This document shows positions 29,442-39,241 of a DNA stretch of 64,000 nucleotides, piece after piece. Position numbers and translations under genes: made by a program. How positions within the stretch are numbered: position 1 is the first letter of the stretch; each line of letters begins with the position of its first letter. The notes beneath the pieces were generated by a model, which was not told the DNA's origin, searched no databases, and saw only the letters and a program-made list of their open reading frames with translations. The stretch is from contig OZ257156.1 of NCBI GenBank assembly GCA_965279375.1, positions 1,440,001 through 1,504,000 of the forward strand, written 5' to 3'. The stretch is from Gemmatimonas sp. (GTDB taxonomy: Bacteria; Gemmatimonadota; Gemmatimonadetes; Gemmatimonadales; Gemmatimonadaceae).

Positions 29442-30503
29442 GTGAATCAAGCTGCCCAACCTGCGTCGCGCGCTCGCCAGCTGGGCGGCTCGATCGTGCA
29501 TGCACAGCAATTCGGACTCGTCGTCGTGCTGCTGCTCCTCGGCACTGCACTCTCGCTCGGTGCCGGTTCGCACGTCGATCCGCAATCCAATCAGGTCGTC
29601 AACAATTTTCTGAATCGCTACACGCTGATTCAGATGGCCACCGACGCGAGCGCCTTCGCCATCATGGGCGTCGGCGCCACTCTCGTCATCATCGCCGGTG
29701 GTATCGACCTCTCCGTCGGCGCGATCTACGCGCTGGCCGGCGTCGTCATGGCGATGGTGCTGCGCGCGCTTGCTCCCATGGATCCCGCCGTTACGGTGCT
29801 CGTCGGCCTCGGCACCTGCTTGGTGGTCAGCGTCGGCTGCGGGCTTGCCAACGGAGTCATGGTCATCGGGCTCGGCGTGCATCCGTTCATCATCACGCTC
29901 GGCACGATGTGGATTCTGCGCGGCATCGCGTTCGTGAGCAGCCGCGCCGAAAGCATTCTTGTGCCGCAGGCGCTCACCGCGGTCGCCAAGGCGCCGCTCG
30001 GGTTCGGAACGGCGCTCTATCCAGTGCCGCTGCTCAGCATGCTCGTTGTCACCACGGTCGGTGCGCTCTACCTGTCTCGCACGATCTGGGGGCGACACAT
30101 TCTGGCCGTTGGCGGCAACGCAGAAGCGAGCCGCTTCTCCGGGCTCAACGTGCCGCGTATCACGCTCGGCGTGTTCGTCGTGTCTGGGCTGTGCGCGGGT
30201 CTCGCCGCGTTCCTCGGTGCCTCGTTCTACGGATCGGCGACCTCCTCCGACGCGAACGGATACGAGCTCTACGTCATCGCCTCGGCGGTGGTGGGCGGCG
30301 CGTCGCTGTCCGGTGGCAAGGGGAGCGCGATCAGTGCCATGCTCGGCGCGCTGCTCATTGTGATGATGCGGCAGGGCATTCGCACGTTGCATCTGGACCA
30401 GAACTACGAGTGGATCATCATCGGCACGTCGCTGATCATCGCCGTGGTGCTCGATCAGCGCGGTTTCGCTCGTCTCTCGCAGCAGTTCGCCCGCAAGTCC
30501 TGA
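29442..30503 (+). CDS. Monosaccharide ABC transporter permease (RbsC/AraH family)
   Basis: GGIDLSVG, PFI.TLGT...RG, GR...AVGGN.EA...SG, YEL.VIA..VVGG.SL.GG.G. Confidence 0.9.
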   Translation: MNQAAQPASRARQLGGSIVHAQQFGLVVVLLLLGTALSLGAGSHVDPQSNQVVNNFLNRYTLIQMATDASAFAIMGVGATLVIIAGGIDLSVGAIYALAGVVMAMVLRALAPMDPAVTVLVGLGTCLVVSVGCGLANGVMVIGLGVHPFIITLGTMWILRGIAFVSSRAESILVPQALTAVAKAPLGFGTALYPVPLLSMLVVTTVGALYLSRTIWGRHILAVGGNAEASRFSGLNVPRITLGVFVVSGLCAGLAAFLGASFYGSATSSDANGYELYVIASAVVGGASLSGGKGSAISAMLGALLIVMMRQGIRTLHLDQNYEWIIIGTSLIIAVVLDQRGFARLSQQFARKS

Positions 30504-30543
30504 CAGTCGCTGGTTTGGAATCCTGACCTACATCGGAGTACAG

Positions 30544-31578
30544 ATGATCACGAAGAATTTGCGCCCGCGCCGGCTGGCGCTCGCGGCGGTTGTACTGCTC
30601 GCGTCCGCATGCGGTGGCACCAAGGAGACCGCGGCCGGAGCCGACTCGACGGCCGGCAAGACGTTCACGATCGCGATGATCGCCAAGAGCTCGACCAATC
30701 CAGTGTTCCTGTCGGGACGACAGGGCGCGGAAGCCGCAGCCGCCGAGCTCTCCAAGGCGAACAACATGACCGTCAAGATCGATTGGCTCACGCCGCCTAA
30801 CGAGGATGGCGCCATTCAATCGCAGCGCATCTCCGAAGCGGTCAACTCGGGCGCGAACGCGATCCTGCTCTCGGCGAGCGATGCGAGCAAGGTGCAGGGC
30901 GCGGTGAATGAGGCCGTCGATCGTGGCGTGCCGGTGATGACCTTCGACAGCGACGTGCCGGACTCCAAGCGCTTCTCGTTCTACGGTGGCGACGACGAGA
31001 AGATGGGGACGCAGGTGATGGACGAGCTCTCCACGCAGCTCGGCGGCAAGGGACGCATCGCCATCATCGCTGGCAACCAGAATGCGCTCAACCTGCAAGC
31101 GCGCGTGCGCGGTGTGCGTGAAGCGGCCAAGAAGTATCCGGGCATCACGGTGGTCGACGCATTCTACCACGCCGAAACGCCACAGGACGCCGCTGCTGAA
31201 GTGCTGCGCATCAAGAACGCCTATCCTGATGTGAACGGCTTCGCGATGATCGGCGGGTGGGCGCTATTCACGCGCACGCTGCTCACCGACCTCGACCCCA
31301 ACAAAATCAAGATCGTCTCGGTCGATGCGTTGCCCGCGGAACTCGAGTACATCGCGGCCGGTCTCGCACCGGTGCTCTTCGCACAGCCCACGTACAGCTG
31401 GGGCTACGTGTCGGTCAACACCATCTTCGATCACGTCTACCTGAAGAAGCCGGCCGCCGCGAAGGTGCAGATGGAGCTGGTGAAGGTGTCGAAGGAGAAC
31501 CTTGGTGAGTGGGCGCGTCAGCTGAAGGCGTGGGGCTTCACCGACGTCGATCCCAAGTTCCTCGCGCTGCCCAAGTAA
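30544..31578 (+). CDS. Sugar ABC transporter substrate-binding lipoprotein
   Basis: Lipobox ASAC; NPVF, VPVMTFDSD, Peripla_BP_4-type architecture. Confidence 0.9.
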   Translation: MITKNLRPRRLALAAVVLLASACGGTKETAAGADSTAGKTFTIAMIAKSSTNPVFLSGRQGAEAAAAELSKANNMTVKIDWLTPPNEDGAIQSQRISEAVNSGANAILLSASDASKVQGAVNEAVDRGVPVMTFDSDVPDSKRFSFYGGDDEKMGTQVMDELSTQLGGKGRIAIIAGNQNALNLQARVRGVREAAKKYPGITVVDAFYHAETPQDAAAEVLRIKNAYPDVNGFAMIGGWALFTRTLLTDLDPNKIKIVSVDALPAELEYIAAGLAPVLFAQPTYSWGYVSVNTIFDHVYLKKPAAAKVQMELVKVSKENLGEWARQLKAWGFTDVDPKFLALPK

Positions 31579-31590
31579 GCCGCTGTATTC

Positions 31591-33090
31591 GTGAGCACAT
31601 CTCCGGGCACACCACGTATCCGCTTTCGCAACGTCACCAAGCGCTTTCCCGGCATGGTGGCGTTGCGCGATGTGTCCTTCGAGATCGCCGCGGGATCGTG
31701 TCACGCCATCTGCGGTGAGAACGGCGCCGGCAAGAGCACGCTCGGCAAGGTGCTGGCCGGATTGCATCAGCCTGACGAAGGCGTGCTCGAGCTGGATGGT
31801 GAAGCGGTGCGCTTTGCATCGCCGAGCGACGCGCTCAATCGCGGCGTGGCGATGGTGCATCAGGAGCTGGCGTTCTGCGACAACCTGACCGTGGGCGAGA
31901 ACCTGTGTCTGCGCGGTTTGCCGCAGCGCTTTGGTGTGGTCAACAACGCCGAGGTGCGTGCACGCGCGACATCGTTGCTGCAGGCGGTTGATACGCAGAT
32001 CGATCCGAATCGCCCGATGCGTTCGCTCTCCGTCGCGGAGCAGCAGCTCGTGCAGATCGCTGCAGCTGTTGGACAGGGCGCGCAAGTCATCATCTTCGAT
32101 GAGCCGACCAGTAGCCTGGGTGACGCCGAAGCGGCGCGACTGTTTGCATTGATGCGTTCATTGCGGGCGCGCGGTGTGACGCAGTTGTACGTGTCGCATC
32201 GCATGGGTGAGATCTTCGACCTTTGCGATACCATCTCAGTACTTCGCGATGGGCAGCACGTGGTCACACAGGCCACGAGCACCTTCACCGAGACATCGCT
32301 GGTGCAGCAGATGATCGGACGCGAACTGGGTGACTACCTCGCGTCGTCCGCACCGACAGCGACTGGCAGCGACGCACTGCGCGTGGAGCGTTTCACGTCA
32401 CCAGGGAATTTCCGGGACATCACCTTCTCCGTGCGCGCGGGCGAAGTGGTGGGGCTCGCGGGACTGATGGGCGCCGGACGGTCTGAAGTGGCGCGCGCGA
32501 TCTTCGGATTGGATCCGCAGGTGACGGGCAAGTTGTTCGTGCGTGGTGCACCGGCGGAGATTCGCACACCGCGCGATGCGATGCGCTATGGCATTGGCTT
32601 CGTGCCGGAAGATCGCAAGCATCAGGGGCTCGTGCTGGGGATGCGCACGCGCGAGAACGCGACGTTGCCAACGCTCCGTCGTTTTGCTTCGACGGGGTGG
32701 ATCAGTCGCCGCGCAGAGACGACAGCCGTGAGCACGAGCTTTTCACGTGTATCGCTGCGCTCCGGCACGGAAGCGATCACTGCGTCGCTCTCCGGCGGCA
32801 ATCAGCAGAAGGTCGTGCTCTCCAAGTGGCTCACCGCGGCCAGCGATCTGCTCATTCTCGATGAGCCCACGCGCGGCGTGGACGTGGGCGCCAAGGCGGA
32901 GCTACATCAGTGGATTCATCAGCGCGCGTCCGAGGGTGCGGCCATTCTGCTCATCTCGAGCGAGCTGCCCGAGCTGCTGGCGCTCTCGACGCGAATTCTC
33001 GTGCTGCGCGAAGGGCAGCTGCGTGGTGAGCTCAGTCGCGCTGAGGCCACGCAGGCCGCGCTACTTCGGCTGATGGCGGGGCTTTCCTAG
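31591..33090 (+). CDS. Monosaccharide ABC transporter ATP-binding protein (RbsA/AraG type)
   Basis: [46 protein letters not shown]. Confidence 0.93.
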   Translation: MSTSPGTPRIRFRNVTKRFPGMVALRDVSFEIAAGSCHAICGENGAGKSTLGKVLAGLHQPDEGVLELDGEAVRFASPSDALNRGVAMVHQELAFCDNLTVGENLCLRGLPQRFGVVNNAEVRARATSLLQAVDTQIDPNRPMRSLSVAEQQLVQIAAAVGQGAQVIIFDEPTSSLGDAEAARLFALMRSLRARGVTQLYVSHRMGEIFDLCDTISVLRDGQHVVTQATSTFTETSLVQQMIGRELGDYLASSAPTATGSDALRVERFTSPGNFRDITFSVRAGEVVGLAGLMGAGRSEVARAIFGLDPQVTGKLFVRGAPAEIRTPRDAMRYGIGFVPEDRKHQGLVLGMRTRENATLPTLRRFASTGWISRRAETTAVSTSFSRVSLRSGTEAITASLSGGNQQKVVLSKWLTAASDLLILDEPTRGVDVGAKAELHQWIHQRASEGAAILLISSELPELLALSTRILVLREGQLRGELSRAEATQAALLRLMAGLS

Positions 33091-33097
33091 TCCGCAG

Positions 33098-35590
33098 TCA
33101 GCGCCGAACCGTTCGCAATGCGTACGTGGGCACGATGCGTCCCGCGCCGATTGCCTGCACGCGCACCGTGAGCTTGTCCTTGCCGGTGGTGAGCGTTTGC
33201 GGGATGTCGAACGTGGCATCGTAGAACCCCGAGCCGTTCACGTTGGGCGTGTAGCGACCAACGCTCGTGCCATCCACGAGATACTCGAACTGCCCGAGCT
33301 GCGCGGGAAGTCCCGGCTCCACGAAGTGCGTGACGACGAGTGACATCGGCGCACTGGCGTCAGCGGCCAGCTCGTAGGAGAACCAGCCCGTGCCGGCGCG
33401 ATTGGTTCGGCGTTCGGTTCGGCCGGCCGCACGATCGGCCGGCTCGCTCTGGTAATTGCGCTCCTTTTCCGATACCGGATCTCCCACCTGCACGAGCCCG
33501 ACGGTGCGGGCAGCCAACAGCTTCGCCATTTCACGCTCGATCGCGACCGCGGCCACGTGCGTTTCGAACTGCGATGGCGTGAGCAGATCGAAGTAGAGCG
33601 AGTACCGCTTGCGATGCGTGCGGTAGAACGGCGTGAGTGACACATCGCCTGCTGCGGCCTTGTCGCTCATGCGCCGAGTGACGCCGGTGATGTGAAAGTC
33701 GCCGGGCTGTGCGGCAGGCTTCACAAAGTCGGTCAGGTTGCGCGATGTGGTGACGAGCACCGGCACTTCGGTGCGCGGCGTGGTCAGCGCATTCTCCGGT
33801 GTGCGACCGATTCGCGAGCCGACTTCGCCGGCGAGCGCGAGCGGCCCCCACATGATCGCCGTAACGGACGCGTTGTCGGGCGTTGGTTCGAGGCGCAACG
33901 ACTTGGGGAGCGTGATGGTCACCGTGTCGCCCGTCTGCCACTCGCGCGTGATGTTCACGTAGCTGCTGCTGGCCAACTCCGATTCGTTGCCGATGCCACC
34001 GGCGCGGCCACCTGCTACGGGATCGTTCAGTGAGGCGATAGGCGGCTGCGGCAACGCGGTGCCGTTGACCGCAATCGCGAATCCGTCACCTGCCCACAAC
34101 GGACGACGCACCGACAGCGTGAACGACTTCGCGCGTGGCAGCGACACTCGAATCGTCGCCGCATCGCCATCGGGGAAACTCGACTCCATCGTGAACTGCG
34201 CGTTGACGATTCTCGTCGTTGCCGTGGACGGCACGAACAGGTTCACCCAGACCGTCGGCGCGGCGGCATCGGTGGATTCGTACCACACGCCCAGTCCGTG
34301 CAACGCATGACTCTCCATGCCGCTCCCCACGCAGCAGGTGAAGTCGCGCTGCATATCCTGGTACTCCTGCTGCTCGCTACGCCCAACGGGAACCATGTAC
34401 GAGGTGCGACCGTCGGCCGGATCGATCGACGCGAGGATGTGATTGAAGAGCGCGCGTTCATGGAAATCGGCGTAGGCGGCGTCCGGGCGAATGCCAAAGA
34501 GCCGACGCGACAGTTTGAGCATGTTGTAGACGTTGCACGTCTCCGCAGCTCGACCATCCACGCGCGGGCTGAGCACATCGGGCGCACCGAAGTACTCGTT
34601 CAGTCCGTGGCCGCCGCTCGCGTAGCTGTGGTGTCGCACCACGCGATCGTAGAAGAACGAGGCGGCCGTGAGATCGTCAGGATCGCCCGTCAGTTCGTAG
34701 CGCGCCGCGGAGCCGATCAGCTTGGGAATCTGACAGTTGCCATGCTTCCCAGAGAGATTGTCCTGGTGTCGCTTGAGCGGCAGCGTGAACGCCTGATGTT
34801 CGAAGCGTCGGGAGAGCGCGAGCCAGCGCTCGTCACCCGTGTCGGCCGCGAGGTCGACGAAGATCTCGTTCATGCCGCCGTGCTCCGTTTGCAGCATCGA
34901 CTGCATCTGCGCTTCGGTGAGCGGCGCGACCACACGTTCCGCCCATGCCGCGAACTTCGTTTCCACCTGCAGCGCGAGTGCGTTGCCTGTGTAGCGATGC
35001 GCATCACGCAGTCCCGCGAACGTCTTGTGCAGCGTGTACCACGGTGACCACAGGCCGTTCAGATCGAAGCCGCCCGACTTGATCTCTCCTTTGGAGACTT
35101 TGGCAAACGCCTCGCGCAAACCTTCCAGCGCGCCGGCGTAGCCATCGCCATTCTTGCGCTGCACTTCCTCGAGCTCGCGCACGATGTACGTTGCGCGCTC
35201 CTTGAAGCGCGCATCGCCCGTGGCCTGATACATGTACGACACGCCGGACAGATAGTGACCGGCGATGTGTCCCGTGAGATTGCGACCGCCACCGTCCCAG
35301 CCGGTGTAGCCGTCCGCCTTCTTGGATAGCCCGGCGCGTTCGCGATAGAACGCGAGCATGCGATCAGGCTCCAGTGTCAGCAGGTACGCCGCGGTGATCT
35401 CCTGTGCGTGCTTGAGCGGACCACCGTTCAGTCGCACGCGGTCGAGCGGCACGGGCACGGCGCGCAGGCGCGTGGGCTTCTCGCGCGCAGCTGCGGGCGG
35501 TGCAGCGTCGGCGTGTCGCAGCACTGGCTGCAGCGTGACGGCGGCCGTCGTGGCCGCTGTCGACTTGAGGAAGGTGCGGCGAGAAGTCAT
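33098..35590 (-). CDS. Tat-exported beta-L-arabinofuranosidase (GH146/GH127 type)
   Basis: SRRTFLK Tat motif; GH..GHYLS, PWY..HK..AGL, EHGGMNE, HGNCQIPK, ETCNVYNMLKL, FTCCVGSGMESH. Confidence 0.88.
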   Translation of the reverse strand: MTSRRTFLKSTAATTAAVTLQPVLRHADAAPPAAAREKPTRLRAVPVPLDRVRLNGGPLKHAQEITAAYLLTLEPDRMLAFYRERAGLSKKADGYTGWDGGGRNLTGHIAGHYLSGVSYMYQATGDARFKERATYIVRELEEVQRKNGDGYAGALEGLREAFAKVSKGEIKSGGFDLNGLWSPWYTLHKTFAGLRDAHRYTGNALALQVETKFAAWAERVVAPLTEAQMQSMLQTEHGGMNEIFVDLAADTGDERWLALSRRFEHQAFTLPLKRHQDNLSGKHGNCQIPKLIGSAARYELTGDPDDLTAASFFYDRVVRHHSYASGGHGLNEYFGAPDVLSPRVDGRAAETCNVYNMLKLSRRLFGIRPDAAYADFHERALFNHILASIDPADGRTSYMVPVGRSEQQEYQDMQRDFTCCVGSGMESHALHGLGVWYESTDAAAPTVWVNLFVPSTATTRIVNAQFTMESSFPDGDAATIRVSLPRAKSFTLSVRRPLWAGDGFAIAVNGTALPQPPIASLNDPVAGGRAGGIGNESELASSSYVNITREWQTGDTVTITLPKSLRLEPTPDNASVTAIMWGPLALAGEVGSRIGRTPENALTTPRTEVPVLVTTSRNLTDFVKPAAQPGDFHITGVTRRMSDKAAAGDVSLTPFYRTHRKRYSLYFDLLTPSQFETHVAAVAIEREMAKLLAARTVGLVQVGDPVSEKERNYQSEPADRAAGRTERRTNRAGTGWFSYELAADASAPMSLVVTHFVEPGLPAQLGQFEYLVDGTSVGRYTPNVNGSGFYDATFDIPQTLTTGKDKLTVRVQAIGAGRIVPTYALRTVRR

Positions 35591-35651
35591 GGCGCGGGCG
35601 GGTCAGGTGTCGAATGGACAGCTGGCCGGAATGTACAGCCCGAAAGTTGTC

Positions 35652-36200
35652 TCAGCGATGCATGCGGTACTCGTGCCGGAACGCGAAGTCGCTTCCGGCA
35701 AACCGCGTCTCCTTGAGGATGCGCAGCGAGTCGGCCGAAAGCGTGATCGTTTCGCGGATGGTGGCGGGCTTGTTGTCGTCCATGCCTTCGCCCTGCAGCA
35801 CAATGGCAATGCGGCCAGCCGTCGCTGCGCCCACGGCGTCACTAACCACGTACTGCTGCGCCGCCGACTTGAGACCACCCCACGCGATGGTGCTCACCGT
35901 CGCATTGGCCACAAATCGATCGTCATCCTCGACGATCTTCCCCGGGCCGTCATCGTACACGTAATGCATCAGCAGCGCGCTCGAATCAGGCGCGAGAGTG
36001 ATAGCAAGCTTGGTCGGGAGCGTGACTCGCCGCTTGGGATTGCTGTAATCCTTGTACTCGAGCGCACCGGTCCAGCTGCCGGCCATGGCTGCGTACAAGG
36101 CCGCGCGAGTCGGGCGTGCAGCGCGCGTGGGAGACAGCGCGAGCAACGGCGCGCCGAGTAGTGCGGCGAGGGAGGCAGCGATGAGGAAGCGACGGCGCAT
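35652..36200 (-). CDS. Hypothetical secreted beta-barrel-like protein
   Basis: Signal peptide; GSWTGALEY.DY, G.DDN..A.IR.T, FRH.Y. Confidence 0.65.
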   Translation of the reverse strand: MRRRFLIAASLAALLGAPLLALSPTRAARPTRAALYAAMAGSWTGALEYKDYSNPKRRVTLPTKLAITLAPDSSALLMHYVYDDGPGKIVEDDDRFVANATVSTIAWGGLKSAAQQYVVSDAVGAATAGRIAIVLQGEGMDDNKPATIRETITLSADSLRILKETRFAGSDFAFRHEYRMHR

Positions 36201-36238
36201 GGTCGATGGGCTGGAGGAATCCGAGGGGAGTGCAGCGA

Positions 36239-36886
36239 TCACGTATTCGTTCGCCGTCGGTCGTCGCTCGGATGCAGCGGCCAGGCCGACATCGCCGTTG
36301 ACGCGATGCGCAACAGCTTTTCCCGCGGCGCTCCATCACGAGCGAGCGTGGACATCCCCTGGATCACCGCCATGACGTGAGCGGCCATGGCGTCGCCGTC
36401 GCAGGCTGCGGGAAGCTCCCCCGCCCGCACTGAGTGCTCGATCTTCGCGGCCAACTGCCCCTCGATATCGCGCCGAATCGACGCGAGCTCACGTTGCACG
36501 TCGGCAGCCTCGGCAGAGCAGCTGATGGCCGCACTGGCCAGAAGACAGCCCTGGGGCGTTTGCTCCCCGGTGAATCCGATGGCCGAGGCCTCCAGGAGTC
36601 GGGCCGCGGCCGCCCGCGCGTCAGGCGCGTCGGCGATGATCGATGTCGAGGTCACCGGCCCCGACACGTAGCGCGCTACCGCCGCGAGAAACAGCCGCCG
36701 TTTGTCGCCAAAGGCCGCGTACAGACTCGGAGGCGTAACCCCAAGTGCGGTCGTGAGTTCACTCACCGACGTGGACTCATAGCCATGCCGCCAGAAGAGC
36801 AGCATTGCCTGCTGGAGCGCCGCCTCGCGGTCAAAAGACAGCGGGCGTCCCTTCTTGCGTTTCTGTGCCGGAGCCGTGGTTTCCAT
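36239..36886 (-). CDS. TetR/AcrR-family regulator (ComR-like)
   Basis: GRP.SFD.E.AL..AM.LFW..GYE.TS...L...LG...PSLY.AFG.K; P.GCL. Confidence 0.9.
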   Translation of the reverse strand: METTAPAQKRKKGRPLSFDREAALQQAMLLFWRHGYESTSVSELTTALGVTPPSLYAAFGDKRRLFLAAVARYVSGPVTSTSIIADAPDARAAAARLLEASAIGFTGEQTPQGCLLASAAISCSAEAADVQRELASIRRDIEGQLAAKIEHSVRAGELPAACDGDAMAAHVMAVIQGMSTLARDGAPREKLLRIASTAMSAWPLHPSDDRRRTNT

Positions 36887-36959
36887 ATTGACCACTATGA
36901 AACACTTGACTCTCGGAGGCAAGGCGAGACATTGCATTTCGTAGTAAACGCTACACAAA
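36881..36959. promoter_or_regulatory. Two related imperfect palindromes (candidate TetR operators)
   Basis: Minus strand TTTCATAGTGGTCAATATGGAA (36881-36902) resembles plus strand TTTCGTAGTAAACGCTACACAA (~36937-36958). Confidence 0.55.
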
Positions 36960-36976
36960 CACAATTCCGCCCCCTC

Positions 36977-38089
36977 ATGACGCTCACGAACTATCGCACC
37001 CTCGGCAAATCCGGCCTCGTTGTCAGCCCGCTCGCCCTCGGCACCATGACCTTCGGCACGGCACGCTGGGGATCGGACGACCAGACCTCGCGCGCCGTGT
37101 TCGACGCCTACGTCGACGCGGGCGGCAACTTCGTCGACACCGCCGATGTGTACTCAGGTGGTCGCAGCGAGGAGCTCCTGGGGAAGTTCATCGTCGAGCG
37201 TGGGCTGCGTGACCGGATCGTGCTGGCAACCAAGGCCGGCTTTGCCGCAGGGCGCGGTGTCCACCTTGGCGGGAATGGCGCGAAGCACATCAACGCGGCG
37301 CTGGATGCTTCGCTGCTGCGCCTTCGTACCACGTACGTCGATCTGTTCCTCGTTCACGTATGGGACGGCGTCACGCCGGCCGGCGAACTGCTCGAGACGA
37401 TGGCGACGTTGGTGCGTGCAGGAAAAGTCAGATACTGGGGAATGTCGAACGCGCCCGCGTGGTACGTCGCGACGCTGTCGACACTCGCCCGGACACGTGG
37501 CATGCCGGGGCCGATCGTGCTCCAGTACTTCTACTCGCTCGTCAATCGCGACATCGACGCCGAGCATGTGCCGTTGGCCGCGGATGCGGGCATGGGCATC
37601 ATGCCGTGGAGTCCGCTCGCGTACGGCCTGCTGACGGGAAAATACGATCGCGCGGTGGTCGAAGCCGCAGCGCCACGCGCGTCGGGTTTGCCGCGTGATG
37701 CAGCCCTTACGACGGAGCAGCGTCCGTCAACGGACAAGCGGCTGGATGGTGCAAATCCGTTCGGAGATTCTCTCTTCACCGAGCGAAACTGGCGCATCGT
37801 GGATGTTCTGCGCGAGGTTGCTGGAGAGGCCGAGCAGAGCATGGCGCGCGTGGCGCTTCAATGGGTGGTGCAGCGCCGCGGAGTAGCGTCCACGCTGATC
37901 GGAGTCAGTCGCGTGTCGCAGTTGATCGAGAACATCGCGGCTCTGAATGTCGTCCTTTCGCCAACACAGCAACGCGCGCTCGACGATGCGAGTGCCTCGG
38001 ACCGAGGAATGATCTACAGCCTCTTTGACGCGCCAGTGCGCCAGCATGTCGTGTTCGGCGGACAGCCGGTGCGAGCGTGGAACGAGTGA
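36977..38089 (+). CDS. Aldo/keto reductase
   Basis: LGKSGL.VS.LALGTMTFG, GGNFVDTADVY, LATK, SL.RL.T.YVDL...H, PWSPL..GLLTGKY. Confidence 0.92.
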   Translation: MTLTNYRTLGKSGLVVSPLALGTMTFGTARWGSDDQTSRAVFDAYVDAGGNFVDTADVYSGGRSEELLGKFIVERGLRDRIVLATKAGFAAGRGVHLGGNGAKHINAALDASLLRLRTTYVDLFLVHVWDGVTPAGELLETMATLVRAGKVRYWGMSNAPAWYVATLSTLARTRGMPGPIVLQYFYSLVNRDIDAEHVPLAADAGMGIMPWSPLAYGLLTGKYDRAVVEAAAPRASGLPRDAALTTEQRPSTDKRLDGANPFGDSLFTERNWRIVDVLREVAGEAEQSMARVALQWVVQRRGVASTLIGVSRVSQLIENIAALNVVLSPTQQRALDDASASDRGMIYSLFDAPVRQHVVFGGQPVRAWNE

Positions 38090-38165
38090 TTGCATCGACG
38101 TACGTGACTTGCCGCGCCGTGTAGCAGGACGCAACGTTGCGGAATCCCCTCACTCCGGATTCTTC

Positions 38166-39215
38166 ATGCGTTTCAGTCGCGTTCTCGTTGTTGCCAGCGT
38201 CGTTGGAAGTGCACTTGTCGCCTGCTCGACGCCGGAGGTCGCGACGAAAACGCCCGCGGCTGCTGCTTCCTACTTCGACACCACCGGTCGCACGGACATC
38301 AACTCCGGCGGCGTGCGTCGCATCCCCATCACTACGCCCAAGGGCAACTTCACCGTCTGGACAAAGCGCGTGGGCAACAATCCCACCATAAAGGTGCTGT
38401 TCCTGCACGGCGGTCCGGGCGTAACGCACGAGTACTTCGAGGTGGCGGACTCGTATTTCCCGGGTGCGAGCGTCGAGTACTACTACTACGACCAGCTGGG
38501 TTCCTTCTACAGCGATCAGCCGAAGGACTCGTCGCTCTGGAATCTCCCGCGCTTTGTCGAAGAAGTGGAGCAGGTGCGCATCGCGCTTGGACTCGACAGC
38601 ACGAATTTCTTCCTCATGGGATCGTCATGGGGCGGTATTCTCGGCATCGAGTACGCACTCAAGTATCAGCAGAACCTCAAGGGGCTCATCATCTCCAACA
38701 TGATGGCGAGCATCCCGGCGTACAACGAGTACGCCACCAAGACGCTGATGCCGGCGATGGATCCCAAGGTACTCGCCGAAGTACAGGCCCTCGAAGCGAA
38801 GAAGGACTACGCGAATCCGCGGTACATGGAATTGCTGGTGCCGAACCACTACGAGCAGCACGTGCTGCGCAAGCCGCAGGCGGAGTGGCCCGACCCGGTC
38901 ATTCGCGCGTTCGCGCACGTGAACAACGACATCTACATCCCCATGCAGGGGCCGAGCGAGTTGGGCGCGAGTGGAAAGCTGGTGAACTGGGATCGCGTGG
39001 CCGACTTGCCCAAGATCACCGTGCCCACGCTGGTGATTGCGGGCACGTACGACACGATGGACCCGGCACACCTGGAGATGATGTCCAAGTCGGTCAAGCG
39101 CGGTCGCTATTTGTTGTGCCCGAATAGCGGACACCTGGCCATGTACGATGACGGGCCGATCTACTTTGGTGGCGTGATCAAGTTCCTGCGTGACGTAGAC
39201 GGCAAGACGTTCTGA
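38166..39215 (+). CDS. Proline iminopeptidase-family (S33) lipoprotein
   Basis: HGGPG.TH.Y, YDQLG...SD, GSSWGG, YDTM, SGH; lipobox LVAC. Confidence 0.88.
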   Translation: MRFSRVLVVASVVGSALVACSTPEVATKTPAAAASYFDTTGRTDINSGGVRRIPITTPKGNFTVWTKRVGNNPTIKVLFLHGGPGVTHEYFEVADSYFPGASVEYYYYDQLGSFYSDQPKDSSLWNLPRFVEEVEQVRIALGLDSTNFFLMGSSWGGILGIEYALKYQQNLKGLIISNMMASIPAYNEYATKTLMPAMDPKVLAEVQALEAKKDYANPRYMELLVPNHYEQHVLRKPQAEWPDPVIRAFAHVNNDIYIPMQGPSELGASGKLVNWDRVADLPKITVPTLVIAGTYDTMDPAHLEMMSKSVKRGRYLLCPNSGHLAMYDDGPIYFGGVIKFLRDVDGKTF

Positions 39216-39241
39216 TCATTCTCTCACCGAAAGGTTCGCAC

